Shown here in pieces: positions 23,973 through 36,468 of a stretch of 64,000 nt of DNA. Origin of the DNA: Moniliella sp. 'wahieum' (taxonomy: Eukaryota); assembly GCA_003971905.1 (NCBI GenBank), contig RSEE01000002.1:1116001-1180000 (forward strand). The letters are read 5' to 3'. Each line of letters begins with the position of its first letter. Positions within the stretch are counted from its first letter, which is position 1. The position numbers were made by a program, and so were the translations under genes. Below the pieces are notes generated by a model. That model was given only the letters and a program-made list of their open reading frames with translations, had not been told where the DNA came from and did not search any database.

Positions 23973-25513
23973 CTACGTCTTCCTCACTGGACGGGTCTTG
24001 TGTCGCTGCTGTGCTGCTGCTGCCGCAGCCGCTGCCGTGTGCCGTCTTTCTTTTTCCGTTTCGAGCTGCCCATCCAAAACCGTACAAGTCAGCTCCCATC
24101 TCCCCATCTTCAGCCGTCGAGTTGTCTAGGAGGCAAACGGCAAAAGGGGCGGTGCGCGTACCTGGTTATAACAAGTAGAGGGCTTTTTCGTTGGAAACGG
24201 GGCTGCCCTGGATCGTAAACAGGCGGTCGCCCGAACTGTCGTAGGCCACCTTGGCGATGGAGATGCGGGAGCCACTCAAACGCCGAATCTCCGTGATCTT
24301 CGACCCGCCCTTCCCAATGAGCCCACCATATCGGCGGGAATCGGCAATGTTTGCGTCCGCAGGTTGGCGCGCATCAATCACCACGGGAGCGGTCAGCGGG
24401 CCCTGGCCGGTGACCCCACCTGCTACAAACCCTCCGCCCGGGGCGACGGCGGCGCCTTGCGCTGCGGCTGTGGCGACCGCCGCCGGCGAAGTGGCCGACC
24501 CAGCGGAATTCCGGTGGGGGCAAAAATACGTTGATGCTGGAGCGAGGCCAGGTGGGCGGCATAGGAAGCAGCCATGGGGCCACCGAGCATTTCCATCCCA
24601 GGTGCAAACGGATGGAGGGGGGCATGCCGTACGCTGGCGGAAAGGCGGCGGGCATGCCCATCAAAGGGTACTCGCCACCCTGCAGGAAGGGACGCGGCCT
24701 GAGATCCCTCCCACCATACCCCAGCGGAGGCATGAACATTCCTGCCCCCAAGCTCGAAGTGGGATCGGGTCAAACAACACGGCGCCTTGCGCGCGCTCCC
24801 ATTCGGTCGCCACGTACTTGCCTACCTCCAAGACGGCCATTTGGATTGCGTCGGCGGACCCTGTAATGTCCACCACACGCTCAGTCGAGTTGGGCAGCGC
24901 CTCCTTAGTCGCAACCATCTTTGTCCCCGAACTTTCTTGGATCGCTTTGATCGTGACGCCTTGCTTGCCGATCACAGCACCCATGATGGCATGCGAAACG
25001 AGGATACGCACGATCGCCGTTTGTGGCGTGGGCTCAGAGAGTGTCTCCACCCACTCACGTCAGGGGACAAAGGCGGCACGGGACCCGATGCAGGTGCCGC
25101 AGTAGAAGAAGGAGAGTCGGGGAGGAGGGCAGGGTGCTTGGCCGCTGGAAGGAGTGGAGTGGAGGTTGAAGCTGGGGTTGCGCCGCATGATCGATAAAGG
25201 AGTGAGCAATCAACCCAAACGCCTGGGCAACCGATTCGAGGCGGCCAGACACGGTGAGGACGCGATGCGCCTTGGGAACCGCCTTGCTTATCCCGGCCTT
25301 GACCCCCGTCTTTTCCCGCAGGGTGGCCACATGCTGTCGCCACGACCAATGATGATGCCCGCCTCTTGGGAGGAGACAAGCGAACGCAGAGTCAACGGCG
25401 CGTCGATAGATCCACGTCGAGGAGCAGGCCATCGCTAGTGGAAGGAAGGGGAGGTCCTCCTGTTTAGGCTGGGGCATGGCGGCTGTTGCGGGTGGAGGCC
25501 GGTTGCTCGCCAT
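23973..25513 (-). CDS. Triple-KH-domain RNA-binding protein (Rnc1/Hek2/Pbp2 family)
   Basis: KH1 GIIIGRG..VATLREKTGVKAGISK; KH2 VRILVSHAIMGAVIGKQGVTIKAIQESSG..LPNSTERVV; KH3 IGKGGSKITEIRRLSGSRISIAK..RLFTIQG..NEKALYLL. Intron 24066-24161, then LETEKERR. Confidence 0.9.
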
Positions 25514-26299
25514 GCTGTTGTGGTGGGACTGGGGGGGGGGGGAGGTGAGCAGGGGAGGAGGGAGCAGCGGCGGGCAGGGAGACGAGCAGGCGCGAGCAGG
25601 CGCGATCAGAGGCGACGGGGGCGGGCAGAAGCAGCAGCGCTGAGGCGCTGGGGGGGCCGCGGGGATGGATGGAGGAGGGAGGAAGCGGAGCTGGCGCGGC
25701 TGCCCGTCGCCCAAATGCTCCCAAAAGGCCGATGTGGCGCGCTGAGCGCTGAGCTGAGCGTCAAAGTTGAGGCTCAGCGGCTACGCAGCTAAGCGCTTAG
25801 CCGAAGCGCTTAACCAGACCCACGCGCCAATGCGGCTCGGGGCAGTGTCTGACGTGCGTGTGTGTGCTACAACAAGCATGTGACATGTGACATGTGATGT
25901 GGGTCGCCTCTGCCTTCAAGTTCAAGTTCAACTCCGACGCAACTTTCCCCCCAATCGTAGCGTCTCTGTCCTTATCCAGGCTGAGCTTCCAGACCTGGGC
26001 TAAGAAGCGCTTCTGCAGGCGTGCTGTACGAGTGCTCGGGAGACCCCGGACCATTGAGTCTCCTTCGTCCACCTCTTGTCCAGCCCCCCGACCCCAGAAG
26101 GGGCCGTAACCGCGTTACTCTCCCGTTGTGCATTACGGAGCACCATATACGCGCAGCAGACGTGCACCGCGTGCTGAGTGCTATGTGCGCTGATGGTTGC
26201 TGCCGGTTGCGCCATGTGTGCTCGAGTTTGGCGGGCCCTTGAAGCGGAATATGACCACCAACTATTGCGATGAGCGATGGTCTGTCTGTGCAACGTTTC

Positions 26300-27430
26300 C
26301 CTCTCAGGGTCTCGCTGCGCGCACTGGGAACCACGCCGCTGCTCCCGCTATACTCGCAGCGCGACCCCCCCCCCCCTTCCCGAGGTCCAACCGTGGAGCA
26401 ACGAGCAAGGCGGGAGTCTGCCCGCGCCGCAGGCTGTGGACCCCATATGGCGTTCGATGCTGGATGCAAGCCAACAGACTGGGATGCGGAATCCCCTCTT
26501 TCTGTACAACGCCGAAAGTTGTTGGTCGATTGAGGCAGCCAGTTCGTCGCCTATCGCATCCTCTTCTTCCGCCCTGGAATGTCGTGGAAAGAAGAGCTGC
26601 TGATGGACCATGCCCCGGGACCTGGTGGATGACCTCTTCCCAGTGAGATGTGACACGCATACTGGGCATCGACTGGGTGCAGTACTCAGAGGCCAGTCTA
26701 CGCACATTCTCCTTCATGATCCACATTCGCAACTGACTCCTGAACCTGGAGGAAATGTGCCCGTGAGTCACTGCGGCCTGTCTAGCCTGCAACCTCTCAG
26801 CGCCCCCTTCCTCCTTCCAAGGATCCTCAACACACGAGCGGCCCAGCTCGCGTCAGGTTCCACCCCCCACATGATTCATGACTGGGCGTATGCCGGGCCC
26901 AATGGGTCCAACGCCTTAACCACTTCCCACAGCAAACGTTGTGTCGGAGAGCAACGTGGCTGGCAGGGCCACCCGTTTTTTCCCATACCACGCAACCCCG
27001 TGCCGGCCGATTCCAACAACTCTGCGCCGATCCAACGGAACGAGGGCCCATATGGAGTGTCGCGAGGCACTGTCTTTTAATTAGGTCACTATGACGACGA
27101 ACGCACGTAGGTGGCCCTTTTCCCCTGTCGAAACTTAATATCCAAGTACCAGCAGACAAAGTTGAACGCGATGAGCAACCTTTTGGCCTATCATTCGTTG
27201 AGAATACACTCACGGTCGTTTGCTCCGAGGGTGACGAGAGCGCGGGCGGTGCGGTGAAAAAATGTGGAGCTTATGGGTGCGACATGCTAACAACCGTCCG
27301 TTGCGGCGGCGATGAGGCGACAACGCTTACTTGCGTTCCATCCAGTGCTATATGCTACAGTCCGTCCTAATACCATCTTCATACTTTCTGCCTGTTGTTC
27401 CAGGGCTACGGTCTGATTCGATTCTGCCAT
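26300..27430 (-). CDS. Hypothetical multi-exon protein (boundaries approximate)
   Basis: Three short intron-like segments (GTAAGC..TAG, GTGAGT..AAG, GTGCGT..CTAAT..CAG) link protein-like fragments: MAESNQTVALEQ, LLIAFNFVCWYLDIKF, PRDTPYGPSFRWIGAELL, EEDAIGDELAASIDQQLSALY. No family recognised. Confidence 0.45.
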
Positions 27431-28343
27431 CTCGTCCGCCTCTGCGTCTCCCAAAGACGCGTTGTCAACCGGGGGCTGGCTGAGGCTGTGATTGATGATT
27501 TTGATGATTGCCTGCTGCTGTTTCGAGGGTGCGTATGCAAGCCGCTCCAGCCTGTGTGGAGGAGGAGGAGTAGCAGGTGCTGGTAACCGGTAACCACCAG
27601 CACCGAGGGGGGCTGGCCTGTTTACCAACCACACCACAGCGGGGGGGGGGCCAGGCCAACAGAACAGGGGGGATGGGGTCACGTGCAGGTGGTGCGGTGA
27701 ATAAAAGCGCTACAAGGTTAGCCCGGTAGATGACACCCTCGTTTTGTCCCAGGGCGCTGGGGGAGTACTCAGTCGCTAGTCACTAGTCAGCGCCTCAGGG
27801 CCAGCCAGCGAAGCCTGACCGCTGAGGCTCAGCGCTCCGAGGCCACGCACTGGGGAAGTGGAAGGCCGGCCGATGGGGCAACACTGGCGCCGGGGCGGCT
27901 GGTGCCACGGCGGAGCAACACTTGCCCTGTGCGGCCTGGCGCGTCCCCAGTGCTGCAGCTCGGCAGATCTTCCCCCAGACTGCGTAGCACTGTCGTTCTG
28001 CGCAGGCCAGCGCTCCGAAGCCGCTGGTCGACTTTCAACCCCCCACCTCTCACTCTTCACCTCCTCTTAACCCCCCCCCCCCATCACAAGCTGTGTTTCC
28101 GCCTTGCTGGCCAAGGTTCCACTCCCTCTACTCCCCTGGCCTCGCCTCGCTCCTCTCCCCCTTTGCCCCATCCAACAAAGCTTGACGCTTGCCCAACAGC
28201 TCTTCCGCCCTTCGTACATCCTTCCCTTCAACTGTGTTGACTGCCATCCATTCTTTTTTCCCGTTCGCCTTACCAGCCTCGCCCGTCTTGCCTCTCGCCT
28301 CTCGTCTCTCGCTTTTCGCGTCTTACCCCTCGCCCTCTGCACG

Positions 28344-29797
28344 ATGAGCAGCCCCCCCGCTGGCCACATCGCACGTGCCTTTGGCCGTGCACCCGACCAC
28401 CTCGCATTGCTTGCGCCCGACCTTGTGCCACGCGACTCGTGCACGTGCGACCCCACGATTTACCACCCGGTTTGCCCCGCCGGATGCGACAACTGCGTCC
28501 AACGCCTCGTCGCCCTCTCCTGCGGTCGGTCGTGCCAGGACAACTACTGCCTTGCCTCCTCCCACAGCGATACTGGTGCCAAGATTGGGGGCGGTGGGAG
28601 GTGTGTTTGGGTGGGGTGGGGCTGGCCCTCATTGCCTTCTGGTGTACCGAACCCGGTCTCGTCGTCGCCAAGAGGCTGCGGCCCATGCGCGCCACGAAGC
28701 GCGCTTGCGCGCTCCGCCGCCGAAAAGTTTCGCGCCGGGCGCACGCGATCCCGTCGAGACGCCCGCCACCACGGCTCCGGCAGAGCAGAGGATCAGCTTT
28801 AGCGAGGGCGATGCTGTGCCGGAGTCTGCCGTGGCCGGCATTGATGTGCACTCTCCGGCCCCACGCTCAGCTACCTTGGCGCCCTCGGTCGGTGAAAGCG
28901 GTGCTGCCCTCTCTGTGCCGACAGTGCAGCTGGACGAGGAAACCGAGTACACGGAGCTGCGTTCCGATGGCCTGACCACCTATCGTATTGACACTGACGA
29001 GGAAGCGACAGGGCAATTGCAAGGGCTCTATCCGCTCACTAAGCGTTTCTCTCCCTCGGCCGCCACCCACCTTTCCAGGATCAGCGAACGCACCGAGCTC
29101 GAGGAGGACCTGCAATCCATGCGCTCCCGCACGACCACTCGTATCCCCAATCGGTCTCATCTTCCTCCCTTGCCCGGTCCGGCCTCACGCAACGTGCTCA
29201 GCGTGCCTTTGGCCTCGCCCACTTTGCAGCGCCAGCGGACCGATCCGTTTGGCGACCACGCCTCGATCCCCGAAACGGGGCCGGCCAACCGCTCTACTAA
29301 CCGCGTCTCCTGACCACCTGGGCCTACCGGTCCCCGACGCACGTCGCCTGTCCATCGGCACGGTCGCCTCCAATCTGTCGGGCGGGTCGGGCCTGTCGGG
29401 CTTGTCGGCCGTACCAGCCATGGTGACGCGCTGCAACTCCAAAAGCCCGGTAAGGTCGAGCTGTCCGTCGTCCGTCGGGAAACGGAACCACGTCGTCGCA
29501 CCCTTCCCAACCGCTCGCGCTTGCGCCTCAAGCCGAGGCAACTCCGTAGGCCCTAACCCCTTTGACGATCCGACGGGCACGACCCACGGCACACAGCCGT
29601 CGCCCCGGCGGGCACCGAGCCTGCCCAGGGCCCTTCCCCTCGGCCTGGGGCTGGGGCTGGGTCGACACCCACCGCGCCCGATTCGATCGGCATTCGAGGC
29701 CCGGACACGAGCCTCGGTAGGCACGCCACGGCGGACGTGCGTACGGAGGAAAGCACTGTCTCGGATCCTGTTGCCGTCCCGCACGGTAGCAGTGTGA
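28344..29797 (+). CDS. OPY2: Opy2-like type I membrane protein (Cys-rich ectodomain, one TM helix, long Ser/Pro-rich tail)
   Basis: Eight-Cys module CTCDPTIYHPVCPAGCDNCVQRLVALSCGRSCQDNYC, then a Gly-rich hydrophobic segment (KIGGG..GGVFG..GLALIAFW) and a disordered tail with DPF/NPFDD. 3' end uncertain. Confidence 0.65.
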
Positions 29798-30099
29798 CAC
29801 ACGTGGAGGAGGCGCTCTCCCACCCCGCACGCCTCGTCCTACACCACGCCTCTCCCGTCCCCGGTCCTGAGTGCCGGCCTCCTCAGCCTGAACAATGCCC
29901 CCCCCCCCTTTTTTTTCTGCCCCTGGTACTGAGGAGCCGGTCTCCTTGCCCTGATCTGGTTCTGTTCTGTTCGGAATTGTTTCGTGCTGCTGGCATGCCC
30001 TCGTTTACCTTCAATGTTGTCCCCTTGTCTCGCGGGAAAATGCATGTGCCATGTTATGTCACATGCCACATGGCATTCCCGTCCCCTGTTGATGGATTG

Positions 30100-30400
30100 T
30101 TCCTTTCCTTTCCTTTCCTTTCCTTTTTCCTTTTTTTTTCCTTTTTCCTTTCCTTTCCTTTCCTTTCCTTTCCTTTCCTTTCCTTTCCTTTCCTTTCCTT
30201 TTTTTTTCCTTTCCTTTTCCTTTCCTTTCCTTTCCTTTTTTTTTCCTTTTCCTTTTTCCTTCCTTTCCTTTCCTTTCCTTTCCTTTCCTTTCCTTTTCCT
30301 TTCCTTCCTTTTCCTTTCCTTTCCTTTCTTTCTTTTCCTTTCCTTTCCTTTCCTTTCCTTTCCTTTCTTTCCTTTCCTTTCCTTTCCTTTCCTTTCCTTC
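30100..30400. repeat. (TTTCC)n-type microsatellite, pure polypyrimidine tract
   Basis: About 300 nt with no purine on the + strand. Pyrimidine-rich sequence continues to about 30442. Confidence 0.97.
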
Positions 30401-31230
30401 ATTACTTCTCCCCTCTCCCTTTCCCCCTTCCCTTCCTCCTTTACCCGGCGTTATCGACAGTTCGCCTCTGTTTTCGTCTTCAAGGCGACCTTGGATCCAT
30501 TTATTTTGTGTTGGTGGCGCCATCCGTATTTGATGGACACGTCCTTGGCTAATAGGTTTCTTCTGGGCTCCATGCCTGGGCCGGAGTGGGGGCTACGTGT
30601 GTGCCCATCCGTGGTTTTCAGCCTCGATGGGCCTGCAAGGGTGGCAGGTGTGGCAGAGGTGTGACACGCTTCGAGATGGATGAATACTGAGCTTCCTTGG
30701 ATCACTTCGATCACTGGCTAATTGCAACGCACCGAGGCATGTGGCACCGCAATGAACTTAACCCACGAAAGAAAGTCGCTCTGGCTTGGGCCAGCAAAGA
30801 CCCCGATCCGATCCGTCCGTTAAACGTATCATCGTAGCGCGTCCGTTCTTATATTGTCAGCACCATTGTACGCCATGCATGGGGATCGATCATCGACATG
30901 GCGAGCATCGACCGTCAACGTTCAACGCGGCAGCGTGTTCAACCACGCATCATGCATGGCACAATAGCTGTGTCGCTATTCTCTCTCACTCTCGCAGCCT
31001 GACGCACCCCTTGTATTGCCTACATCTACTTCATCCTTCGTCTGTACCCTGGGATTCCAGAAACATGTGTACTGTGGCAAGCTAGCGAGAAGAGAAACAA
31101 AGCATGCATGGATACAAACAAAACGGGGCGAAGCAACTCAACAAAACCGCAGCAGCAGCACTGACTTTTGGTTTGCGGTTGTTCAAATAAAAAGAATGTT
31201 CATGTGGGGGCGTCTTGGAGGGGGGTGCAT

Positions 31231-31257
31231 GGATAGGATAGGATAGGATAGGATAGG
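31231..31257. repeat. (GGATA)5 microsatellite
   Basis: ggataggataggataggataggatagg, just 3' of the hydroxylase stop codon. Confidence 0.9.
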
Positions 31258-31264
31258 CGCTTGT

Positions 31265-32510
31265 TTACCACGCCATGTCCACCTTCAAATTTCGGTCAAT
31301 GTTCGAGTTGGGGCCCTCGGTGCGGGGCAGGACACTGCCAAAGATGCGGTCCCAATGCGCGTCTGCTTGCCATAGTTGCCCGAGTGCTTCCACCCACGGC
31401 GATGGTGAATGTCATGGTCCTCCATCGTAATGTCCATATCGAGTGGTTGCAGCAGGAATGGGAAGGCCTGGAATGCAGTGAAGTAGAGGCGCACCCCAGC
31501 GTGTCCGGTCAATTCGACCACGGTCACTGTTCACAGAATGCAACGTCAGTACACACGGCCGGAGAGGAAAAATACAAACAACACGTACCAGCAGCGTTGC
31601 AGCACCACCACTCGTAGAAGTTGGGGCGGAGGAAGGCAATGGGGTACATGGTGGCCCACGTCAGGAAGGGAATGCCAACCATGTCAACAGCTCCTGCTCA
31701 TCGTCGGCAAAGAGGGTGAGCAGCGTGTTGGGGTGGCGTGCAAGGTGGTGGGTGCGGTGGAAGGGCCAGAGCGAGTCCGACTCGTGCATGACACGGTGGT
31801 ACCAGTAGTAGTAGAAGTCCAACGTCCACGTGTACACGGCCATCTGGATCGGCAGTTGCCAGCGCACCGTCGGCTTCGAGTCAGAGTCCCACGTGGTCAT
31901 CACCTCCATAAAGACCCGCTGCATCACCGTCAACAGCAAACTCAAAGCCACCTTGCCGCCCAACGCATCGGGCACTTGGTCACGCGGCACCGACGAGTCA
32001 AAGTACCCCCACTTTTGACCCAGGCTGCGGCACTCCCAATGACTGCAATGCCAAGATAGTAGTACCACGCCGTGTAGAACAGGACGCCCATCCACTGAGT
32101 CAACCCAGACGCCGGGAGAGGCGACTCTTGCCCCTTGTACAGCACGTCATTGACCAAGTAGGCCAGGCGTACTGGATGACGATGGGCGCAGCTGCGCGCG
32201 TCATGGCCCAGCGGAAGTGGGTAATGGGCGAAAGGTAGGGAACCGGGTCGGAAGGGTCAATGACCCGTTCCTCGGCCAGGGGCCAAATGTCGAGCCAATC
32301 AACAAGATGGGCGGCCCAGTTGCGCGGCGCGTTGGGGTCGGCGCGCCATTGGGAGCGGAAGGAAGAGTTGCCCGCGCTGGCCTTGCGCATTTCAATCATG
32401 TTTTCCTCCTCACGGATCTGCGCCGAGGTAAGCTTGGTGGGTGCCGCGGCGGCCCGCCGCTGGGTCAGCGGGTCGCTGGCAGGCGGGGTGGCGGTGCTGG
32501 CAGCCGTCAT
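31265..32510 (-). CDS. Fatty acid hydroxylase / sterol desaturase superfamily membrane protein
   Basis: His boxes DFYYYWYHRVMH, FHRTHH and DHDIHHR; GNYGKQTRIWDRIFG after repairing one indel. Ends NIDRNLKVDMAW* (TAA 31265-31267). Confidence 0.9.
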
Positions 32511-34970
32511 GGGGGAGCAGAGGGGAGTGGTGGCGGCGGTGGCGGGGAGGCGGAGGGGAGCGGGGGTTTTATTGGAAACAGCAGACCGTCAAGGGTCAGT
32601 GGGGGCGGACCTGAGCGTGAGCGCTGCCGCTGAGGCTGGAGGCTGGGTCGGACGCACGGGGCACTAGCGAGGGCACCTTCTTTCACGTGACATGTGACAA
32701 TGCCCAGCCGCCTGGGCGGGCGGGAGGGCAGTGCCCGCAGCTGGTTGGGGCGGCTGACTCGGGCACGGCTGGGGCAGCCAGCGGCGGCGTGAATCAAAAG
32801 TAATACCATGGAATATTGAGCACGCAGGCGGCAGCGCGTGGCAGCGCAGCCACTTAGCGCTTACTGTTACTAGTTACTGCCTGTCTCCTCCGCGCTTGTT
32901 GCTGCCAGCCAGCCCATCCGCGTGAAAGCGCACACATTTAACGTTTAGTACTTTAGCGCTGAAAACGCACGCCCACGCCACACTGCGCCCGTGCCACCAT
33001 CCGCCCAACACGCCCAGTCCAGCCCAGCGCACACACCACACCCTGATGGCCCGATGCTTGATGCACCAATGCCCGCCTGAAGCTTGACATCATAACGCCT
33101 AACGTGTAACATGTAACCTCCCCTCGACCTCATTAACCCATTGCCCTCTCTTTGCGCCGCTGCACAATTTGTTTCCCAGCAAGTGTTGCGACCATGCCAG
33201 ACGGCGGCTCAATCACCCCCTCCTGCGTGGTAGGCATCCCCGGCATCACCCTCGTAGTATCCGCCCGCACACTCCCTCTGTGCCCCGGTACCCTCAGCTA
33301 TGTAACTTCCTACACTTCTCCAGCCTCCTGTACCACTCCTCAGGACCACATCTTGCCTTCTCCTTATTCAGCGCACCAAGGGAATACGTCAAGCGCACAT
33401 CCCATTGGACTTGTACACAGTCTCGGGGGGCGCAATGGCCGCCGTTCGAAATTCATATTCACCGTGCTTAATAGTACCGTGAAACGCAACCACGTACCAC
33501 GTAACGCGTAACGAGGCATCCAGCTTCCAGCTTCTGCCTGCCGCCATCACACTCACATGTCACATGTCACACCTTACCTGGTCACCGGTCCCGGTCGCCG
33601 TTGGGGCTCAGCTCCTCAGCGAGGACTGAGGCTGATAGACGGACGACCTCGAGATCGACGGCCAGTCTTTCACCGGGATAACCATCTGCATTGCCCTCGA
33701 TCTTCGTCAGCCTGTCGTCGAAAAACGTAAATTACTGCGGTTCATGTTACAGTTAGCGCGTTTAACAACGTCCACACCGTAAACACGTTGCCTTTTCAAA
33801 TTTCAACGCAACGTTAAGCGTTAAACGTTAAACGCGCACCCCAGACTTCTGTTTCAACTTTTTCCCACATGGCTTCGCGCTTCACGCTTTTTAAGCTTCA
33901 AGCCACATGCCATCCTTATTACCGCTGGACGGGCAGCTGGCTGCTGCAGGCTGCTGCGCGGTGCGCAAGTTACCATCTGACCTGCCCTGCAACATGTCAT
34001 GCATTGTCATTGAAAACATCGAATCCACGTCATCGCGTCATGACGCATCAATGTTCAACTCGTCCACGGTATCTTGAGGACCGTTCTCAACGTGTCCAAC
34101 GTTCACCCCAACAACAGAGGGATGATCAAGTTTAAGCTGAATGAAGAGGGAAGGGCAGGGGGGATAACAGTGGCCAAAAGGAAAAATGCGAGCGGGAAAA
34201 GGGGCGCTGCATATGCGTCCCTGGCTTGATTATAGCCCTTCTATCATATACTCACTTGTCCCACTGATTGCTACAGAATCTTGTCCATCAAAACAGAAAA
34301 GGCGCTAGATCTTCGCTATTTGGGAAGAGGTGCCTTGAACCATTCCAGCGAGACGTGATTCGTGATGGCCAACATATATATACCCAAGCTGTCAGCATGT
34401 GTCAGGCGGGTGTGTCCAGCGTCACCCGTCACTTGACCAGGTATACTGTAAGTTAGAAGTATCGTTTATCGCATCTAGCAAAAAAGTCAATCTGGGCAAT
34501 GCAATCAAGCCAGCCATCAAACTCTCAACGTTCAACCGCAGTTCCCAGCTCTGCTTCCCTTCAGTGGCCTCTCACAATATTACAACGCAAGGCTGCATGT
34601 GCGTCCAGACGGAGTACGGAACGGGCTAGCCCAGCTCGACCCTCGCCCATTCTGACCTCCCGTCGCCCTTGGCAATCGCGGCCACCATCTCGCGCGAGCA
34701 CGTTCATTACTCCCACTTTCGGTACTTCAGTTTCAGTCAACGGGGGCGTCCGCGTTGGTATGGTTGAAACCAGCGATCCTTTGGTACCTTGCCAAAACGA
34801 ACAAGAGGGGATGCTTAAGTGTGTAGATAGAAGGGCAAAAATACAAAGGCTATACGAAAAAAAGGAAGAGGAACGAAGGACAACGGTAACCAACGAAACC
34901 GTATCGAAGCAAACGGAGGTGCGGAGAGCAAAGGGATCGCGAAGAAGGCTTCGTGTGGCAGGCGCACAAA

Positions 34971-35727
34971 TCAGGCCTTGAAGTGCTCGGAGGAGTCAAA
35001 CATCTTGCGGCTGTAAACAGTGAGCAAGAAACAAAGTAGCACTGAAAATACCACGAGATGAAAATGGGAAGAGTTAGTCTTCAAGTAAACAAGCTAAGCC
35101 TCGAAATCAATGCCTTCAAAACGTACCTCCAGCCCGGTCAGAATGACGATCAGGCCAGCCATGCATCCCACTTGGGCCGAAATGAACTTGTTGCACAATT
35201 TGTAGCTGACCGTCCGGAACGTATCGGCGCTGACGCTCTGGAAGTCCGACACGTTCGACGTATCCACAGGCGGGTTGAAGCCAAATTCAGCGAGGCAATG
35301 AGATCGGACTTGGAGTGCTGCGCACCTCCTACAATCAGGAAGATAATCGAAAACAGCAGCAGAAGAAGGAGCGCGATACGTGAACCAGGAGGTAAAGACG
35401 GAAGATACTAGCCGCTCGGAAGCAATGCCGACCGCGCCGACGGCTTGCCAGACGGCAAGGAGGATGGAGATGATGCCAATCAAGTACTTTGTCCAGGCCA
35501 GGGACACCCCGACAGCGCTACAATCTCGGGAGGACCAAAGGCGATGCCACAGGCAGCAATCCCCATGAGGAAATTGAGAAGGAGGATGCCATAGGTGCCG
35601 CTATTGAAGAGCGGAAGCGACTGGAAAGGAACGAGGTAGGGGTCAGTTTCTCATCCCGCCTGCGGCTGGGGCAAAGGCAAAGGGGCAGCGCACACACGAA
35701 ACAGCAAAAGTCGGTCGCACGTCCCAT
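34971..35727 (-). CDS. Hypothetical four-TM membrane protein
   Basis: MGRATDFCCF, an intron, then hydrophobic segments (KYLIGIISILLAVWQAVGAVGI, AQVGCMAGLIVILTGLE) and a Cys-bounded loop. Second intron GTACGT..ACTAAC..CAG. Ends DSSEHFKA*. Confidence 0.6.
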
Positions 35728-36468
35728 GGTGGATGGAGGAGGAGAACCGAGGTGATGGGAGGGTGCGCCCTGCGAGGAGGAATGGAGGGGGGTGGGAACC
35801 AGGGCCTCGGAGGGTGGTGATGGTGACGGAGGGTAGCGGACAGGCGGAGCCTGTCAGCCGGAAGAGGTTTGCAAGGCGGGGTTGGAGGACACACTGTTGG
35901 GGTGCGCCAAGCTTGGCGTGTCTGGCGCTGTGCGGGGACGGGCGGGATGCAAGTGACGATCGCTGCTGCGATCTGCCTTTCAACTTTCAGCCGCTCAGCT
36001 CCCCACCCAACCCTACTCGCGCTCTCCCGGCTGCCCTGTGCCAGCGCGCGCCCACCCCCCTGGGCCCCGCGCTCACGTCCCCACACGCCTGCTTGCCATT
36101 GCAAGGCCAGATTCCGCCTGGTGCCTCGCCAATTCCGCCTCGCTTTGGCTGGAGCCAGTGCCCGCAGGGGGGATCGATGACGCATCACGTGACCAGCGAC
36201 CCTTGGAGCTACGAGGTCTGCGCACGATTGATGATGTATTTTGCCCCATGTCGGGCGGTCGACGCAACAGAGATAAGAGGCGCTTCGTCCTCGAAGCTTG
36301 CAGCTGTTGCCATGATGCAAGCTTTACACGGCTACAGCTATGGACATGCTATCACGATATGATGCCCAACGTCTCTCCTTGACTGCACGCCTCTGACTCG
36401 CCGTTTCCTGTGCGCCCCCCCCTCGCCTCCGCCCTCCTCCCCCTAATACACTTCAAAACAAGCACAAA

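Noticed and set aside
25325..25360. Apparent loss of GxxG in KH1 (reads GRGD)
   Set aside because: Adding one G restores GRGGQHVATLRE and the reading frame, so it is an indel error.
29839..30664. KERKG-repeat and FPFLS-repeat ORFs
   Set aside because: Translations of the (TTTCC)n microsatellite.
33423..33455. tRNA-like A-box/B-box words (GGCGCAATGG, GTTCGAA)
   Set aside because: The boxes are only a few bases apart and no cloverleaf can be built.
33571..33740. U1 snRNA-like words (CTTACCTGG, GATCGAC, CATTGCCCTC)
   Set aside because: The 5' end is not ATACTTACCTG, spacing and stems do not fit U1, and there is no proper Sm site.
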